Program-made: the position numbers and the translations under genes | Assembly: GCA_039810425.1 (NCBI GenBank) | Contig: JBDHWW010000022.1 | Span: 1 to 53,700, forward strand | Length of the DNA: 53,700 nt | Direction: 5' to 3' | Source: Pseudobdellovibrionaceae bacterium | Lineage (GTDB): Bacteria; Bdellovibrionota; Bdellovibrionia; Bdellovibrionales; Bdellovibrionaceae | Notes under the pieces: model-generated | What the model saw: the letters and a program-made list of their open reading frames with translations, nothing else | What the model was told of the DNA's origin: nothing | Databases searched by the model: none | In this document: in pieces, positions 38,317-48,274 of the stretch | Position numbering within the stretch: position 1 is the first letter of the stretch | Layout of the letters: the number at the start of each line of letters is the position of its first letter

Positions 38317-39340
38317 GAGTTCCCCCCTCTACGTTGCCATCATTGGAAATGTCGTCTTTAAAAAGTTCTTCTTCTGCAGCCAAAAGTTCTTCGTCACTCG
38401 CCATATCGTCGGTAATTTCAACCTGAGCGACGCCCATGTCATCTGCAGAGACCGGAGTTAATACCATCTGCTGATCATCGTCTTCAGCATCGGTCAGAAC
38501 AAACTCTTCGTCTGCTCCGCCCGCCTCCGCAGCTTCTTTCTCAGATTTTGCAAACAAGCTTTCAGCCGCGGCATCCGCATTCACGGCGCCGTATTCCTCC
38601 ACGCTGGACAGAACGTCGCCCTCAACTGGTTTTCTCGCTTCAACGTAAATATCGGAGTAGGCTTCGGTTTGGAACAAAGAAACAAAGCCCATTTTACCAA
38701 GCTCAAGAACAGACAAGAACGTGATCAGTGCCTGCCGCGCGCGGTCTTCCGTCGCTGTCACAAGGTCCATCATGATGACTTTTTGACCGATAAAAAGACG
38801 ATCTTTGATTTCTAAAATGCGGCTTGAGATCGACTGAGTCTTTGCGGTCACCTGGTGGATTTTCTTTTTCGCTGTTTTCACAACCTTGCGATAGATTGCA
38901 ATCAACGAAAAAAGAGCGTTCTCTTCAAGAATAATTTCGTCTTCCTTCGGCGCCAAAGTTTCACGAACGCCGCGAACCCAGATATCCCGGCCAACCAGAG
39001 GACGGTCGTAAAGCATTTTTGCGGCCTCTTGGTATTTTTGATACTCGAGAAGCTTTTGTACGAGCTCTTTGCGGGGATCCTCTGTTTCAACGATCTCACC
39101 GTTTTCATCGTACTGGGGAAGGAGCATGCGGGACTTGATGTGGATTAAAGTTGAAGCCATCGCGACAAACTCGCCGGCCACCTCAAGATCGAGTTCCTTC
39201 ATGAGCTTAATATATTCAAAGTACTGCTTCGTAATGTCCTGGATATTGATATCCATAATATCCATGTCTTCTTTACGGATAAGATAAAGAAGAAGACCGA
39301 GTGGACCCTCGAATTTTGGCAACTGAATATTAATACTCAT
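38309..39340 (-). CDS. scpA: Kleisin ScpA
   Basis: FEGPLGLLL, IKSRMLLP, EDPR.ELV..LLEY, FLSVLEL. Confidence 0.95.
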   Translation of the reverse strand: MSINIQLPKFEGPLGLLLYLIRKEDMDIMDINIQDITKQYFEYIKLMKELDLEVAGEFVAMASTLIHIKSRMLLPQYDENGEIVETEDPRKELVQKLLEYQKYQEAAKMLYDRPLVGRDIWVRGVRETLAPKEDEIILEENALFSLIAIYRKVVKTAKKKIHQVTAKTQSISSRILEIKDRLFIGQKVIMMDLVTATEDRARQALITFLSVLELGKMGFVSLFQTEAYSDIYVEARKPVEGDVLSSVEEYGAVNADAAAESLFAKSEKEAAEAGGADEEFVLTDAEDDDQQMVLTPVSADDMGVAQVEITDDMASDEELLAAEEELFKDDISNDGNVEGGTLG

Positions 39341-39369
39341 TTAAATCAATTCCCCCTGAGCCGAATTGC

Positions 39370-40398
39370 TTACCACTTCATTTGAGAGCGCACGATGCCT
39401 AGTGTCTTTTGCGCCTCTTTACGAGCTTTTTCACAACCAGCGTCGATGATTGAATCAAGCAGTTTCGGATTATTCAACAATTCTTTTTTCTTTTCTCGAG
39501 GTTCTTTTGTTAGAGCGTCGATATTGCTGAATAATTTAGCTTTGCAATCACCACACCCGATGCCCGCCGTACGGCAGCCCTGTCCCACCCAGCTTAAGTC
39601 TTCAGCAGTCGAGTAAAGTTTGTGGTAGCCGTAGACAGAACACACTTCAGGATTTCCTGTGTCCTCACGGCGAACCCGCTGAGGGTCAGTCACCATCATG
39701 TTTACTTTTTTCTTTAGGCTCGCCTCATCCTCTGTCAAATAGAGAGTGTTGCCGTAAGATTTAGACATCTTACGACCATCCAGCCCCGGCAAAGTCGGAG
39801 TTTCCGTGAAAAGCGGCGTTGGCTCCGGTAACTTTGCTTTATAAATATGATTAAAGCGACGGATGATTTCGCGCGAGATTTCCAAGTGCGCCGTTTGATC
39901 TTTCCCGATCGGAACTTTTTCGCCGCGGTAAATCAATATATCCGCTGTTTGCAAAACAGGATAGGCAAAGCGCCCCAAGTTATGGGTGTCATTGGCCTTG
40001 GCCTCTTCTTCAGCGTCTTTCCAAGTTGTAACGCGCTCTAGCCATCCCATCGGAGTCAAGTTCGCGAGAATCATAAAGAGTTCAACATGCTCTGGAACTT
40101 TGCTTTGAACAAAGATCGTGGCCCTCTCGGGATCTAGCCCCCATGCGATGAACTCCGCAATCATTCCACGCGTCCAAGGGGTCACTTCGTTCGTTGCTCT
40201 GTAAGCGGTGGTCATTCCATGCCAGTCCATCGCGCCAAAGAAGCACTCATAGAGGCCTTCGTTTTGAAGTTTCACGAAGTTGCTGAGCGCTCCCCAGTAA
40301 TTGCCGATATGCAAAGGGCCTGTCACGCGAATCCCGCTCATCACGCGGCTACGGCGGGGTGGTTTTACTGGCGGCCGCGGCTCTTCGGCCTCGCTCAT
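39370..40398 (-). CDS. trpS: Tryptophan-tRNA ligase
   Basis: HIGN, YPVLQTADI, GKDQ, KMSKS. Confidence 0.97.
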   Translation of the reverse strand: MSEAEEPRPPVKPPRRSRVMSGIRVTGPLHIGNYWGALSNFVKLQNEGLYECFFGAMDWHGMTTAYRATNEVTPWTRGMIAEFIAWGLDPERATIFVQSKVPEHVELFMILANLTPMGWLERVTTWKDAEEEAKANDTHNLGRFAYPVLQTADILIYRGEKVPIGKDQTAHLEISREIIRRFNHIYKAKLPEPTPLFTETPTLPGLDGRKMSKSYGNTLYLTEDEASLKKKVNMMVTDPQRVRREDTGNPEVCSVYGYHKLYSTAEDLSWVGQGCRTAGIGCGDCKAKLFSNIDALTKEPREKKKELLNNPKLLDSIIDAGCEKARKEAQKTLGIVRSQMKW

Positions 40399-41054
40399 AG
40401 CACTCCACCCAATGCGGTCTTCATCAAAAGCTCCTGACCCCAGTAAACCGGGATCGCGAGCACGTGCAGCGCCCCCGTCAAAATCAGCACCATCAAAATC
40501 ATGCTTGTGATGTGCTCGTTTTGCTCAAGTTTATAATTAAGCTGCGCCGGTAAAAAGCGCGCCAACACCTTGCCGCCATCCAAAGGATTCAACGGAATCA
40601 AGTTGAAAACCGCTAAGAACAGGTTGGTGGTGATGAACACTTTGACGATTTTTAGAAAGGACATAACCACCTCAGAGACAAGGAAGTACCGTGCCGTAAT
40701 GGCAATAACCAAAGCGCCAATCACCGCCAAAAGAATATTCGAAAGCGGGCCGGCCAACGCGACCCAGAACATGTCCTTTTTGGGGTTTTTTAAATTACGG
40801 GCATTCACCGGGACTGGTTTTGCCCAGCCAAAGAAAATAGGCGTCGCAAAAATGATCGCCATCAAAGGCAGGATCAAAGTGCCCAGCATGTCCATGTGTG
40901 CCACCGGATTCATCGTCAGACGGCCCATAATTTGCGCGGTATTGTCACCACGGAGTTTTGCCACCCATCCGTGAGCGAACTCGTGAAAGCAAAGAGCAAA
41001 CAAAAACGGAACGTAATAAACGCTAATGTCTGCACCGATTTTCATCAGGTCCAT
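40395..41054 (-). CDS. Site-2 protease (M50)
   Basis: HEFAH, AGPLSN, NLIPLNPLDG. Confidence 0.93.
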   Translation of the reverse strand: MDLMKIGADISVYYVPFLFALCFHEFAHGWVAKLRGDNTAQIMGRLTMNPVAHMDMLGTLILPLMAIIFATPIFFGWAKPVPVNARNLKNPKKDMFWVALAGPLSNILLAVIGALVIAITARYFLVSEVVMSFLKIVKVFITTNLFLAVFNLIPLNPLDGGKVLARFLPAQLNYKLEQNEHITSMILMVLILTGALHVLAIPVYWGQELLMKTALGGVL

Positions 41055-41285
41055 AATATTTCCCTCAATCGAGTTTCAGTCGAGTCGCGGCCATCCGGCC
41101 TTCACATTCTTTTACGCTACCCAACGCCTAGATACTTGTCTAGGGACAGTTGGTGGCGTGCCTAAAGAACATGCACCCGATGACGCACAATGTGCTTCGA
41201 GTTTCCGCGCTTAATTCCGGTTGCTTACGACCCCGCTTGCAGATAGTTTTTAGGGGCTTTTTTATCACAATCCGAAGGAGTTTAT

Positions 41286-42452
41286 ATGTCTAATTCTGTT
41301 GATGCCCGTCCTGCGCTGACAATTCTGTCTGAAGACGAAACGGCTTTCCGTGAAGCTGTTCGTAGCTTTGCTGAATCTGAAATCAAACCGCATGTTACTC
41401 ACATGGATGAAAAAGCTGAAATGGATCCGGCGATCGTTAAGAAACTTTTCGAAATGGGCTTGATGGGCATCGAGACTCCTGAGAAATACGGCGGCGCCGG
41501 TTCGACTTTCACAATGGCGTGTTTAGCGGTGGAAGAGCTCGGCCGTGTTGACGGTTCAGTCAGCGTTCTTTTGGACGTGCAAAATACTTTGGTGACAAAC
41601 GCGTTTCTCAAATGGGGGAACGAAAAACTTCAAGCGAAGTATTTGCCAAAAATGGCGTCTGAATGGGTGGGCGCCTACGCGTTGTCTGAGAGTTCTTCAG
41701 GTTCCGATGCTTTTGCGCTGAAGTTGAAGGCGGAACTCCAAGGCGACAAGTACATCTTGAACGGTTCAAAACTTTGGATCACCAATGGCAAAGAAGCCAA
41801 TGTATTTATTTGCTTTGCGAATGTTGATTTCGGCAAAGGCTACAAAGGCATCACGGCGTTTGTTGTTGAGAAGTCTTTCAAAGGATTTTCGGTCGGTAAA
41901 AAAGAAGACAAGCTGGGCATCCGCGCAAGTTCCACTTGCGAGTTGCTGTTTGAAAACTGTGAAGTGCCGGTTGAAAACGTTCTCGGCGAAGTCGGCAAAG
42001 GCTACAAAATCGCGATTGAGACCTTAAACGAAGGCCGTATCGGTATCGGCGCACAAATGGTCGGTATCGCTCAAGGTGCTTACGAGGCGACGTTAAATTA
42101 CATCAAATCGCGCGAACAATTCGGCAAATCCATTGCTCAATTTCAAGGCGTTCAGTTCCAGTTGGCGGAAATGCGCACGGAGCTCGAGGCCGCTCGCTTG
42201 ATGGTTTACAATGCCGCCCGCTTAAAAGACGCCGGCCAAGACTTCATCGAAGCCGCAGCCATGGCGAAATTGTTCTCTTCACGGGCGGCTTGCAACATCA
42301 CATCCACTGCCGTGGATTTGTTCGGCGGCAATGGTTTTACCAAAGAATATCCCGTCGAGAAATTCTGGCGTGATGCGAAGATCGGTCAGATCTATGAAGG
42401 CACGACAAACATGCAACTGCAGACGATTGCTAAAATGGAGCTCGATAAGTAA
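41286..42452 (+). CDS. Acyl-CoA dehydrogenase (short/branched-chain-like)
   Basis: ALSESSSGSDA, KLGIRAS, REQFG, IYEGT. Confidence 0.95.
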   Translation: MSNSVDARPALTILSEDETAFREAVRSFAESEIKPHVTHMDEKAEMDPAIVKKLFEMGLMGIETPEKYGGAGSTFTMACLAVEELGRVDGSVSVLLDVQNTLVTNAFLKWGNEKLQAKYLPKMASEWVGAYALSESSSGSDAFALKLKAELQGDKYILNGSKLWITNGKEANVFICFANVDFGKGYKGITAFVVEKSFKGFSVGKKEDKLGIRASSTCELLFENCEVPVENVLGEVGKGYKIAIETLNEGRIGIGAQMVGIAQGAYEATLNYIKSREQFGKSIAQFQGVQFQLAEMRTELEAARLMVYNAARLKDAGQDFIEAAAMAKLFSSRAACNITSTAVDLFGGNGFTKEYPVEKFWRDAKIGQIYEGTTNMQLQTIAKMELDK

Positions 42453-42462
42453 GGGGTTTCCT

Positions 42463-43980
42463 TTGAAAAATCTTGTTAGCTTGGCTTTAGTAGCCCTATT
42501 CAGCTCCTTAAGTTTTGGCGCCGGAGAATCTCCCGCGCCCACCTTTAAACTGCATTTAGCCAACGAACCCGGCCAACTGGACCCTCATCAGCAGAAGTCT
42601 TCGGCCTCAAGCTACCTTCTGCAAAACCTCTATCGCAATATCTTCTTCTACGACAATAAGCAGGGCCTCGTTCCGGATCTCGGCGAAAGCTGCAAACGCG
42701 ATGGGGCGCTGGTTTTAATTTGTAAACTCAAAAAAGGTCTCGTATGGAGTGACGGCAGCAGCTTAACGTCTGCGGACTTTATTAAGGGTTACCAAAGAGT
42801 TCTTGATCCTAAAAATGCCGCCCCCCGTGCGGACATGCTTTTCAAAGTTAAAAACGCGCCCGCTATTTACAAAGGCCAAAAGAAGATGGACACCTTGGGA
42901 ATCACCGCCCCTGATGCCACGACACTCCGTTTTGAATTTGAAGAAAAAGATCCTGATTTTGAATACAACCTTGCAAGCTTCTTGATTGCACCGGTGAAGA
43001 ACCTCCTCAAGCCGAATCAGAAAGTTTCCGAGTTGATCGTGAATGGCCCCTACAAAATGGCCGATTGGCTCCCGGGGCAAAAAATCCAGCTCATCAACAA
43101 TACCAATTACAAGATGGGAAACTTCGCCAAGCGCCCGCTCGTCGAAATTTTGTTCGTCAACGAAGATAGTGTCGCACTTCATCTCTATGAAAAAAACGAA
43201 CTGAGTTTCCTGCGCCGGTTGCCGACGCTTTATATTCCAAAATTTAAGTCGCGCCCGGATTTCTATTGGATTCCGGTGGTTCGTTTTGACTACATCGGCT
43301 TTGGCCCTTCATTGAAGGACCATCCAAAAATCCGCGCGGCACTTGCACACTCGCTTAATTATCCGGAATTACAAAAAATCTTTTCTTCAGAAGGCGTCCC
43401 CGGCTGCCCGGGAATTCCGAGTTCTTGGATGACGGAAGAGTCCTGCTATAAACTGGATGTCCAAAAAGCGAAGAAGGCTTTTGCCGAAGATAAAAAAGTA
43501 CCAGCCGACATGAAGCTTATGTATTCCGCGTTAGGGGGCGAAGATCATCGCAGAGCCACCGAGTGGATGCAGGCTCAGTGGCAAAAGAACCTGGGCTTTA
43601 AAGTGCAGCTCGTGCTGCGGGAAAACAAAGTCTATTTGAACGAGCTGCAAAACAATCCGCCGGCGCTGTTTAGAAAGGGCGTCGCCCCGGACCGCCCGAC
43701 TTGTTTAGCGGCCCTTGAAACCTTTGCGGATTGGAGTCCTGAGAACTACATCCAGATGAAAGATCCTGAGTATCAAGTGATCTTAAAAAAACTCGGCGAA
43801 GCCACAAAGCCTGAAGACCAGCGCAAGATCTGCACTGAGGGTGTTCACTATTTGATGGACCGCTATCTCGTTATTCCTCTTGGCGAGATCCACTTCGCAA
43901 TGATGGCGAAAGCCACTTTCCATGGCTGGAAGGTCAACTCCATGAACCAACTCGATCTTGCGAATTTAGCCGCTGACTAG
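42463..43980 (+). CDS. Orphan peptide ABC substrate-binding protein (OppA-like)
   Basis: Signal peptide from TTG at 42463, LDP, WSDG, NGPY. Confidence 0.88.
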   Translation: MKNLVSLALVALFSSLSFGAGESPAPTFKLHLANEPGQLDPHQQKSSASSYLLQNLYRNIFFYDNKQGLVPDLGESCKRDGALVLICKLKKGLVWSDGSSLTSADFIKGYQRVLDPKNAAPRADMLFKVKNAPAIYKGQKKMDTLGITAPDATTLRFEFEEKDPDFEYNLASFLIAPVKNLLKPNQKVSELIVNGPYKMADWLPGQKIQLINNTNYKMGNFAKRPLVEILFVNEDSVALHLYEKNELSFLRRLPTLYIPKFKSRPDFYWIPVVRFDYIGFGPSLKDHPKIRAALAHSLNYPELQKIFSSEGVPGCPGIPSSWMTEESCYKLDVQKAKKAFAEDKKVPADMKLMYSALGGEDHRRATEWMQAQWQKNLGFKVQLVLRENKVYLNELQNNPPALFRKGVAPDRPTCLAALETFADWSPENYIQMKDPEYQVILKKLGEATKPEDQRKICTEGVHYLMDRYLVIPLGEIHFAMMAKATFHGWKVNSMNQLDLANLAAD

Positions 43981-43991
43981 ATTGCACTAAC

Positions 43992-44006
43992 GTCTCAGAC
44001 TGAAAC
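43992..44006. promoter_or_regulatory. Palindromic motif, copy 5
   Basis: GTCTCA-GAC-TGAAAC. Confidence 0.55.
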
Positions 44007-44069
44007 GCAAAGGGTCTAAATCTAGACCTGTTTTCCCGCTATAAGACATTCATCCCCAAAACTTTCGTC

Positions 44070-44096
44070 TCAACTTTTCTGGATCAAGGCCGATAA
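44070..44096 (+). promoter_or_regulatory. Sigma-28 promoter
   Basis: TCAA-N15-GCCGATAA upstream of 44154. Confidence 0.75.
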
Positions 44097-44153
44097 GTCT
44101 AACATCCAGTCCTGAGACGACGGGGTACGAACACAATAGGGGAGAATTTCCAA

Positions 44154-44378
44154 ATGTCTGATGCTAAAAAGACTGAAAAACAAGTTCCAAATAACGTGAT
44201 CCAACTCGGCCCGACGAAGTGCTGCGGCGAAGGCTGTAACAAAAAGCCAGAAAAAGCTGGTTTTTGCATGGAACACTTTGAGTGGTTTAAAGCCGGTCTC
44301 CTCACCAAAGAAGGCGCGAAAGCGGCCGACTTCGAGAAAAAGCACTACCACTATATGAAGGCAAAAAGAGCCGCATAA
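44154..44378 (+). CDS. Small basic protein with putative C3H zinc finger
   Basis: CCGEGCNKKPEKAGFCMEH; GGGGAG RBS; own promoter and terminator. Confidence 0.8.
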   Translation: MSDAKKTEKQVPNNVIQLGPTKCCGEGCNKKPEKAGFCMEHFEWFKAGLLTKEGAKAADFEKKHYHYMKAKRAA

Positions 44379-44418
44379 GATATTTTTTTTGAAACCTTGC
44401 GATTCCCATTTCCATTAT

Positions 44419-44443
44419 AGCCCTTCAAGATGAAGGGCTTTTT
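44419..44443 (+). terminator. Rho-independent terminator
   Basis: AGCCCTTCA-aga-TGAAGGGCT-TTTT. Confidence 0.8.
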
Positions 44444-44687
44444 CCGTCCTGATTTACTCTGTAAACCATTTGTCGATGGACCCTGTCCTAAAGTTTCTGC
44501 CCGCTTGAATTAATTTATACCGATTGTTATAGGGGGCCTAAATGGTGCCCCAGAAGGCCATGAAGAAAATAAAGCCAAAAATGAAGTATTTGAGGCTGAT
44601 TTTTAAAGCTTCTTCGACAGACATGGCTTCTCATCGGCACTTTCCCCTGTTAACATGACCCTCTCTAGACTTTAGTGAGGTTCTTCA

Positions 44688-45434
44688 ATGAAAAAAGCAG
44701 CTCTCATCACAGGCGCCAGCTCCGGTATTGGCCAAGCCACCGCGCTTGAATTTGCCCGCCAAGGCTATTTTACCTACCTCATGGGACGTAACAAGGAGCG
44801 CCTCGAAGAAACGGCTTTGCAGTGCTCTGCCGGCGCCTCTTTACTGTCATGTGACCTCACGGATCCAAAGGCTGTTGAAAAGCGCGTGAAGGAGATTTAC
44901 GAGAATCCTCTTTATCGCCTGGAAGTCCTCGTGAATAACGCCGGCATCTTCCAAACGCACAGCATGGAAGATGGCACGGATGAAATCTGGGACAGCTTGT
45001 ACAAAGCAAACTTGCTCGGCCCCGTTCGCCTGACTCGCCTGTTAATTCCTTATTTTAAAAAGCAGCAAAAAGGCTCCATCGTAAATGTGTCTTCGACTTT
45101 GGGAATGAAACCCTCTTCAAACACGGGCGCGTATTCGGCACTCAAAGCGGCGATGATCAATTGGACCCTGAGCCTTGCCCAAGAAGCCGGCTCTTACGGT
45201 GTTCGCGTGAACTGCGTTTCCCCCGGGATTGTTGATACGCCAATTCATGCGTTTCACAGCCTTGAAAATCAGCAAAAACAGCATCGCCTTTCTGAAATGG
45301 CGAAGCTTCAGCCGCTCGGCCGCATCGGCACTCCGGAAGATATCGCAAAGAGCATCTACTTCTTGGGCTCGGATCTTTCGGCGTGGACGACAGGTGCTAT
45401 TTTGGCCGTTGACGGCGGGATCAATCTGCAATGA
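44688..45434 (+). CDS. Short-chain dehydrogenase/reductase
   Basis: TGASSGIG, NNAG, YSALK. Confidence 0.92.
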   Translation: MKKAALITGASSGIGQATALEFARQGYFTYLMGRNKERLEETALQCSAGASLLSCDLTDPKAVEKRVKEIYENPLYRLEVLVNNAGIFQTHSMEDGTDEIWDSLYKANLLGPVRLTRLLIPYFKKQQKGSIVNVSSTLGMKPSSNTGAYSALKAAMINWTLSLAQEAGSYGVRVNCVSPGIVDTPIHAFHSLENQQKQHRLSEMAKLQPLGRIGTPEDIAKSIYFLGSDLSAWTTGAILAVDGGINLQ

Positions 45435-45814
45435 CGAAAACCCTGGTTTTGAGCGAAAGCTTCGCGGCGGCCCACCTCTATCACCAAAAAGCCTGGTCTG
45501 AGGCCGAAAACCAAGCCTGCTTTGGCAAATGCTTTACCGAACATGGCCACGGCCACAACTACCGCTTTGAAGTCGGCTTTACGGAGCCAAAGACCTCGCG
45601 CGAAGAGCTCATAAAGTCCGTGAAGGCCACTACGGACCTTCTGGATCATCAACATCTCAATTTTGTGATTCCGGAGTTCAAAGACCTCGTGCCAACGACC
45701 GAAAATATCGCCCTCTATCTCCTAAAAAAACTTCAAGAGCGCTCCCCAGCGGAACGGATTTCCTATATAAAGCTCTTTGAAATGAACGATTTGTGGGTGG
45801 AGATCCGACCGTGA
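45431..45814 (+). CDS. queD: 6-pyruvoyl-tetrahydropterin synthase / QueD family
   Basis: FAAAH, GKC..HGHGHNY, LDHQHLN, PTTENIA. Confidence 0.85.
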   Translation: MTKTLVLSESFAAAHLYHQKAWSEAENQACFGKCFTEHGHGHNYRFEVGFTEPKTSREELIKSVKATTDLLDHQHLNFVIPEFKDLVPTTENIALYLLKKLQERSPAERISYIKLFEMNDLWVEIRP

Positions 45815-46551
45815 GTAACGAGGAAAATAAAGTCCGATTGTCAAAACTGATGGCTGAAAAAGGCCTCTGCTCACGCCGCGAAGCCGATACTTATATCGCT
45901 GAAGGCCTTGTGATGGTTGATGGCGTGAAGGTCGACGTTCTCGGTACGAAAGTTTCTCCACATGCGCGCATCACTTTGGATGCAAAGGCGCTTAAAAGTC
46001 AGAAAAATCTTGCGACCATTATTTTGAATAAACCGATCGGCTATGTTTCAGCCCAACCCGAGCCTCAATACACTCCGGCGATTAAGCTGATCACTCCTGA
46101 AAATCAATTCGGCGTGAGCAAGCAAAAGCTCACGAAAGAGTCCTTTGAGGGGCTTGCGGTGGCGGGCCGCCTGGATATTGATTCTCAGGGTTTGTTGATT
46201 TTCACCCAAGACGGTCGTATCGCCAAACAGATCATCGGTGAAAACAGTGAGATCGACAAAGAGTACCTCGTGCGCGTAGAAGGCCGGCTGCCAAAGGAAA
46301 AGTTGGAACTTCTCCGCTTTGGCTTGGAACTTGATGGAAAACCGCTCCGCCCTGCTATTGTAGAATGGGTGAACGCAGACCAGTTACGATTTGTCCTGAC
46401 AGAGGGAAAAAAGCGTCAAATCCGCCGCATGTGCGAAGCCGTGGGACTCAAGGTTCGCGGCTTAAAACGCGTTCGCGTCGGAAAACTCATGCTCGGTCAT
46501 CTTCCTGAGGGAAAATGGCGCTTCTTAGAGCCCGGCGAGAGCCTCGATTAA
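45811..46551 (+). CDS. rRNA pseudouridine synthase (RsuA/RluB/RluF family)
   Basis: S4 domain [25 protein letters not shown] overlap gives start 45811. Confidence 0.93.
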   Translation: MSNEENKVRLSKLMAEKGLCSRREADTYIAEGLVMVDGVKVDVLGTKVSPHARITLDAKALKSQKNLATIILNKPIGYVSAQPEPQYTPAIKLITPENQFGVSKQKLTKESFEGLAVAGRLDIDSQGLLIFTQDGRIAKQIIGENSEIDKEYLVRVEGRLPKEKLELLRFGLELDGKPLRPAIVEWVNADQLRFVLTEGKKRQIRRMCEAVGLKVRGLKRVRVGKLMLGHLPEGKWRFLEPGESLD

Positions 46552-46657
46552 CGCTATTCTTGACACGCGATATACAATTTCTTTCTAGCAATCTTATTCA
46601 GTTCATTTAACAATCGTTTCTGGAAAAACCTGAAGGTAAGAACCCCATGGAGGATTC

Positions 46658-48262
46658 ATGAAACGATTGGTGACTTTGAGCGTGCTTATGACGGCGGCTC
46701 TTTTTGCAGGCAGCACTTCTTTTGCGGCAAAAGGTGAAGGCAAAACTTTCGTATACTGCTCCGAAGGCAGCCCAAGTTCTTTTAACCCCCAATTGGTGGC
46801 TGACGGAACTTCACTCAATACCATGCACCCTATTTACAACGGCCTTGTTGAATTCGAATTGGGTACAACAAAAGTCATTCCTTCGCTCGCGGAATCTTAC
46901 ACCATCTCTAAAGACAAACTCACTTACACTTTCAAACTTCGTAAAGGCGTGAAGTTCCACACGACAAAGAATTTTACGCCAAAGCGTGATTTCAACGCGG
47001 ACGACGTGATCTTTTCTTACGAAAGAATGTGGAAAAAGGACAACCCTTACCACAACGTCGGCGGTGGTACTTATGAGTACTTCGAAGGCATGGACATGGG
47101 TAAAGTCATTAAGTCGATCAAAGCCACAGACCCTATGACCGTCGAAATCACTTTGAACTACGCCGAGGCTCCGTTCATTGCAAATATGGCCATGCCGTTC
47201 ATGAGTATTCTTTCAAAAGAATACGCAGATCAGCTGACTGCACAAGGCCGGCAAGCCGACATCGATCTTATTCCAGTGGGCACCGGCCCCTTCGTGATGC
47301 AGTCTTATGCAAAAGGCAGCTCTATTAAGTACACGGCGTTTGAGAACTATTGGGGCAAAAAAGGCAATATCGAGAAGCTCATCTTCGCGATCACTCCGGA
47401 TGCAAACGTACGTGCGCAGAAATTGAAAACCGGCGAATGCCAATTTATCACCGAGCCGGCGCCTTCGGATCTCGAGGCTTTAAAGAAGGACGCAAAAGTC
47501 AGCGTGATCAATGCTCCGGGCCTGAACGTTGCTTACCTTGCGATGAACGTGACGAAAAAGCCGTTTGATAACGTGATGGTTCGTCAGGCCGTGAACTATG
47601 CTTTAAACCGTAAAGCATACATCGATGCGATTTTCCTCGGAAACGCCACGATTGCTAAAAATCCAATCCCGCCCACAATTTGGTCTTACAACGATGCCGT
47701 AAAGGACTATGAATACAATCCTGAAAAGGCCAAAGACTTTTTGCGGAAAGCCGGTTACCCGAATGGCTTTGAAACAGAAATGTGGACGATGCCGGTTTCT
47801 CGCCCTTACAACCCGAACGGAAAAAAGATGGGCGAACTCATGCAGGCCGACCTTGCAAAAGTGGGCATCAAAATCAAACTTGTTACTTTCGACTGGCCGA
47901 CTTACCTGTCTAAATCTAAAATCGGCGAACACACGCTGATCCAATTTGGTTGGACTGGTGATAACGGTGACCCGGACAATTTCCTGAACATGCTTCTGGG
48001 TTGCTCCAGCGTTGAGTCGGGCTCCAACTACGCTCGGTGGTGCAATAAACCATTCAATGATCTTGTGACCGAGGCCAAAAAAGTAACGGACCTGAAGAAG
48101 CGCACCGACCTCTATAAAAAAGCCCAAGTGATCTTTAAAGAAGAAGCCCCTTGGGTCACCCTCGATCACTCGTCTGTCCACCGTGCGATGTCTAAGAGCG
48201 TAAAAAACTATAAAATGGACCCTTTGGGGGCTGATATTTTTAATCAGGTGAATATCGAGTAG
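46658..48262 (+). CDS. dppA: Dipeptide ABC substrate-binding protein
   Basis: YCSEGSP, GTGPF, SRPYNPN, GWTGDNGDPDNF. Confidence 0.93.
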   Translation: MKRLVTLSVLMTAALFAGSTSFAAKGEGKTFVYCSEGSPSSFNPQLVADGTSLNTMHPIYNGLVEFELGTTKVIPSLAESYTISKDKLTYTFKLRKGVKFHTTKNFTPKRDFNADDVIFSYERMWKKDNPYHNVGGGTYEYFEGMDMGKVIKSIKATDPMTVEITLNYAEAPFIANMAMPFMSILSKEYADQLTAQGRQADIDLIPVGTGPFVMQSYAKGSSIKYTAFENYWGKKGNIEKLIFAITPDANVRAQKLKTGECQFITEPAPSDLEALKKDAKVSVINAPGLNVAYLAMNVTKKPFDNVMVRQAVNYALNRKAYIDAIFLGNATIAKNPIPPTIWSYNDAVKDYEYNPEKAKDFLRKAGYPNGFETEMWTMPVSRPYNPNGKKMGELMQADLAKVGIKIKLVTFDWPTYLSKSKIGEHTLIQFGWTGDNGDPDNFLNMLLGCSSVESGSNYARWCNKPFNDLVTEAKKVTDLKKRTDLYKKAQVIFKEEAPWVTLDHSSVHRAMSKSVKNYKMDPLGADIFNQVNIE

Positions 48263-48274
48263 ATCGGCTTCAGG

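Noticed and set aside
8728..42462. Extended N-termini in the ORF track (8728, 13014, 20180, 23403, 25006, 30158, 42331)
   Set aside because: Downstream starts fit RBS position, signal peptides or stop/start overlaps better
44013..44028. NrdR box (ggtCTAAATCTAGacc)
   Set aside because: Single site, not next to a nucleotide-reduction gene; kept only as an unexplained palindrome
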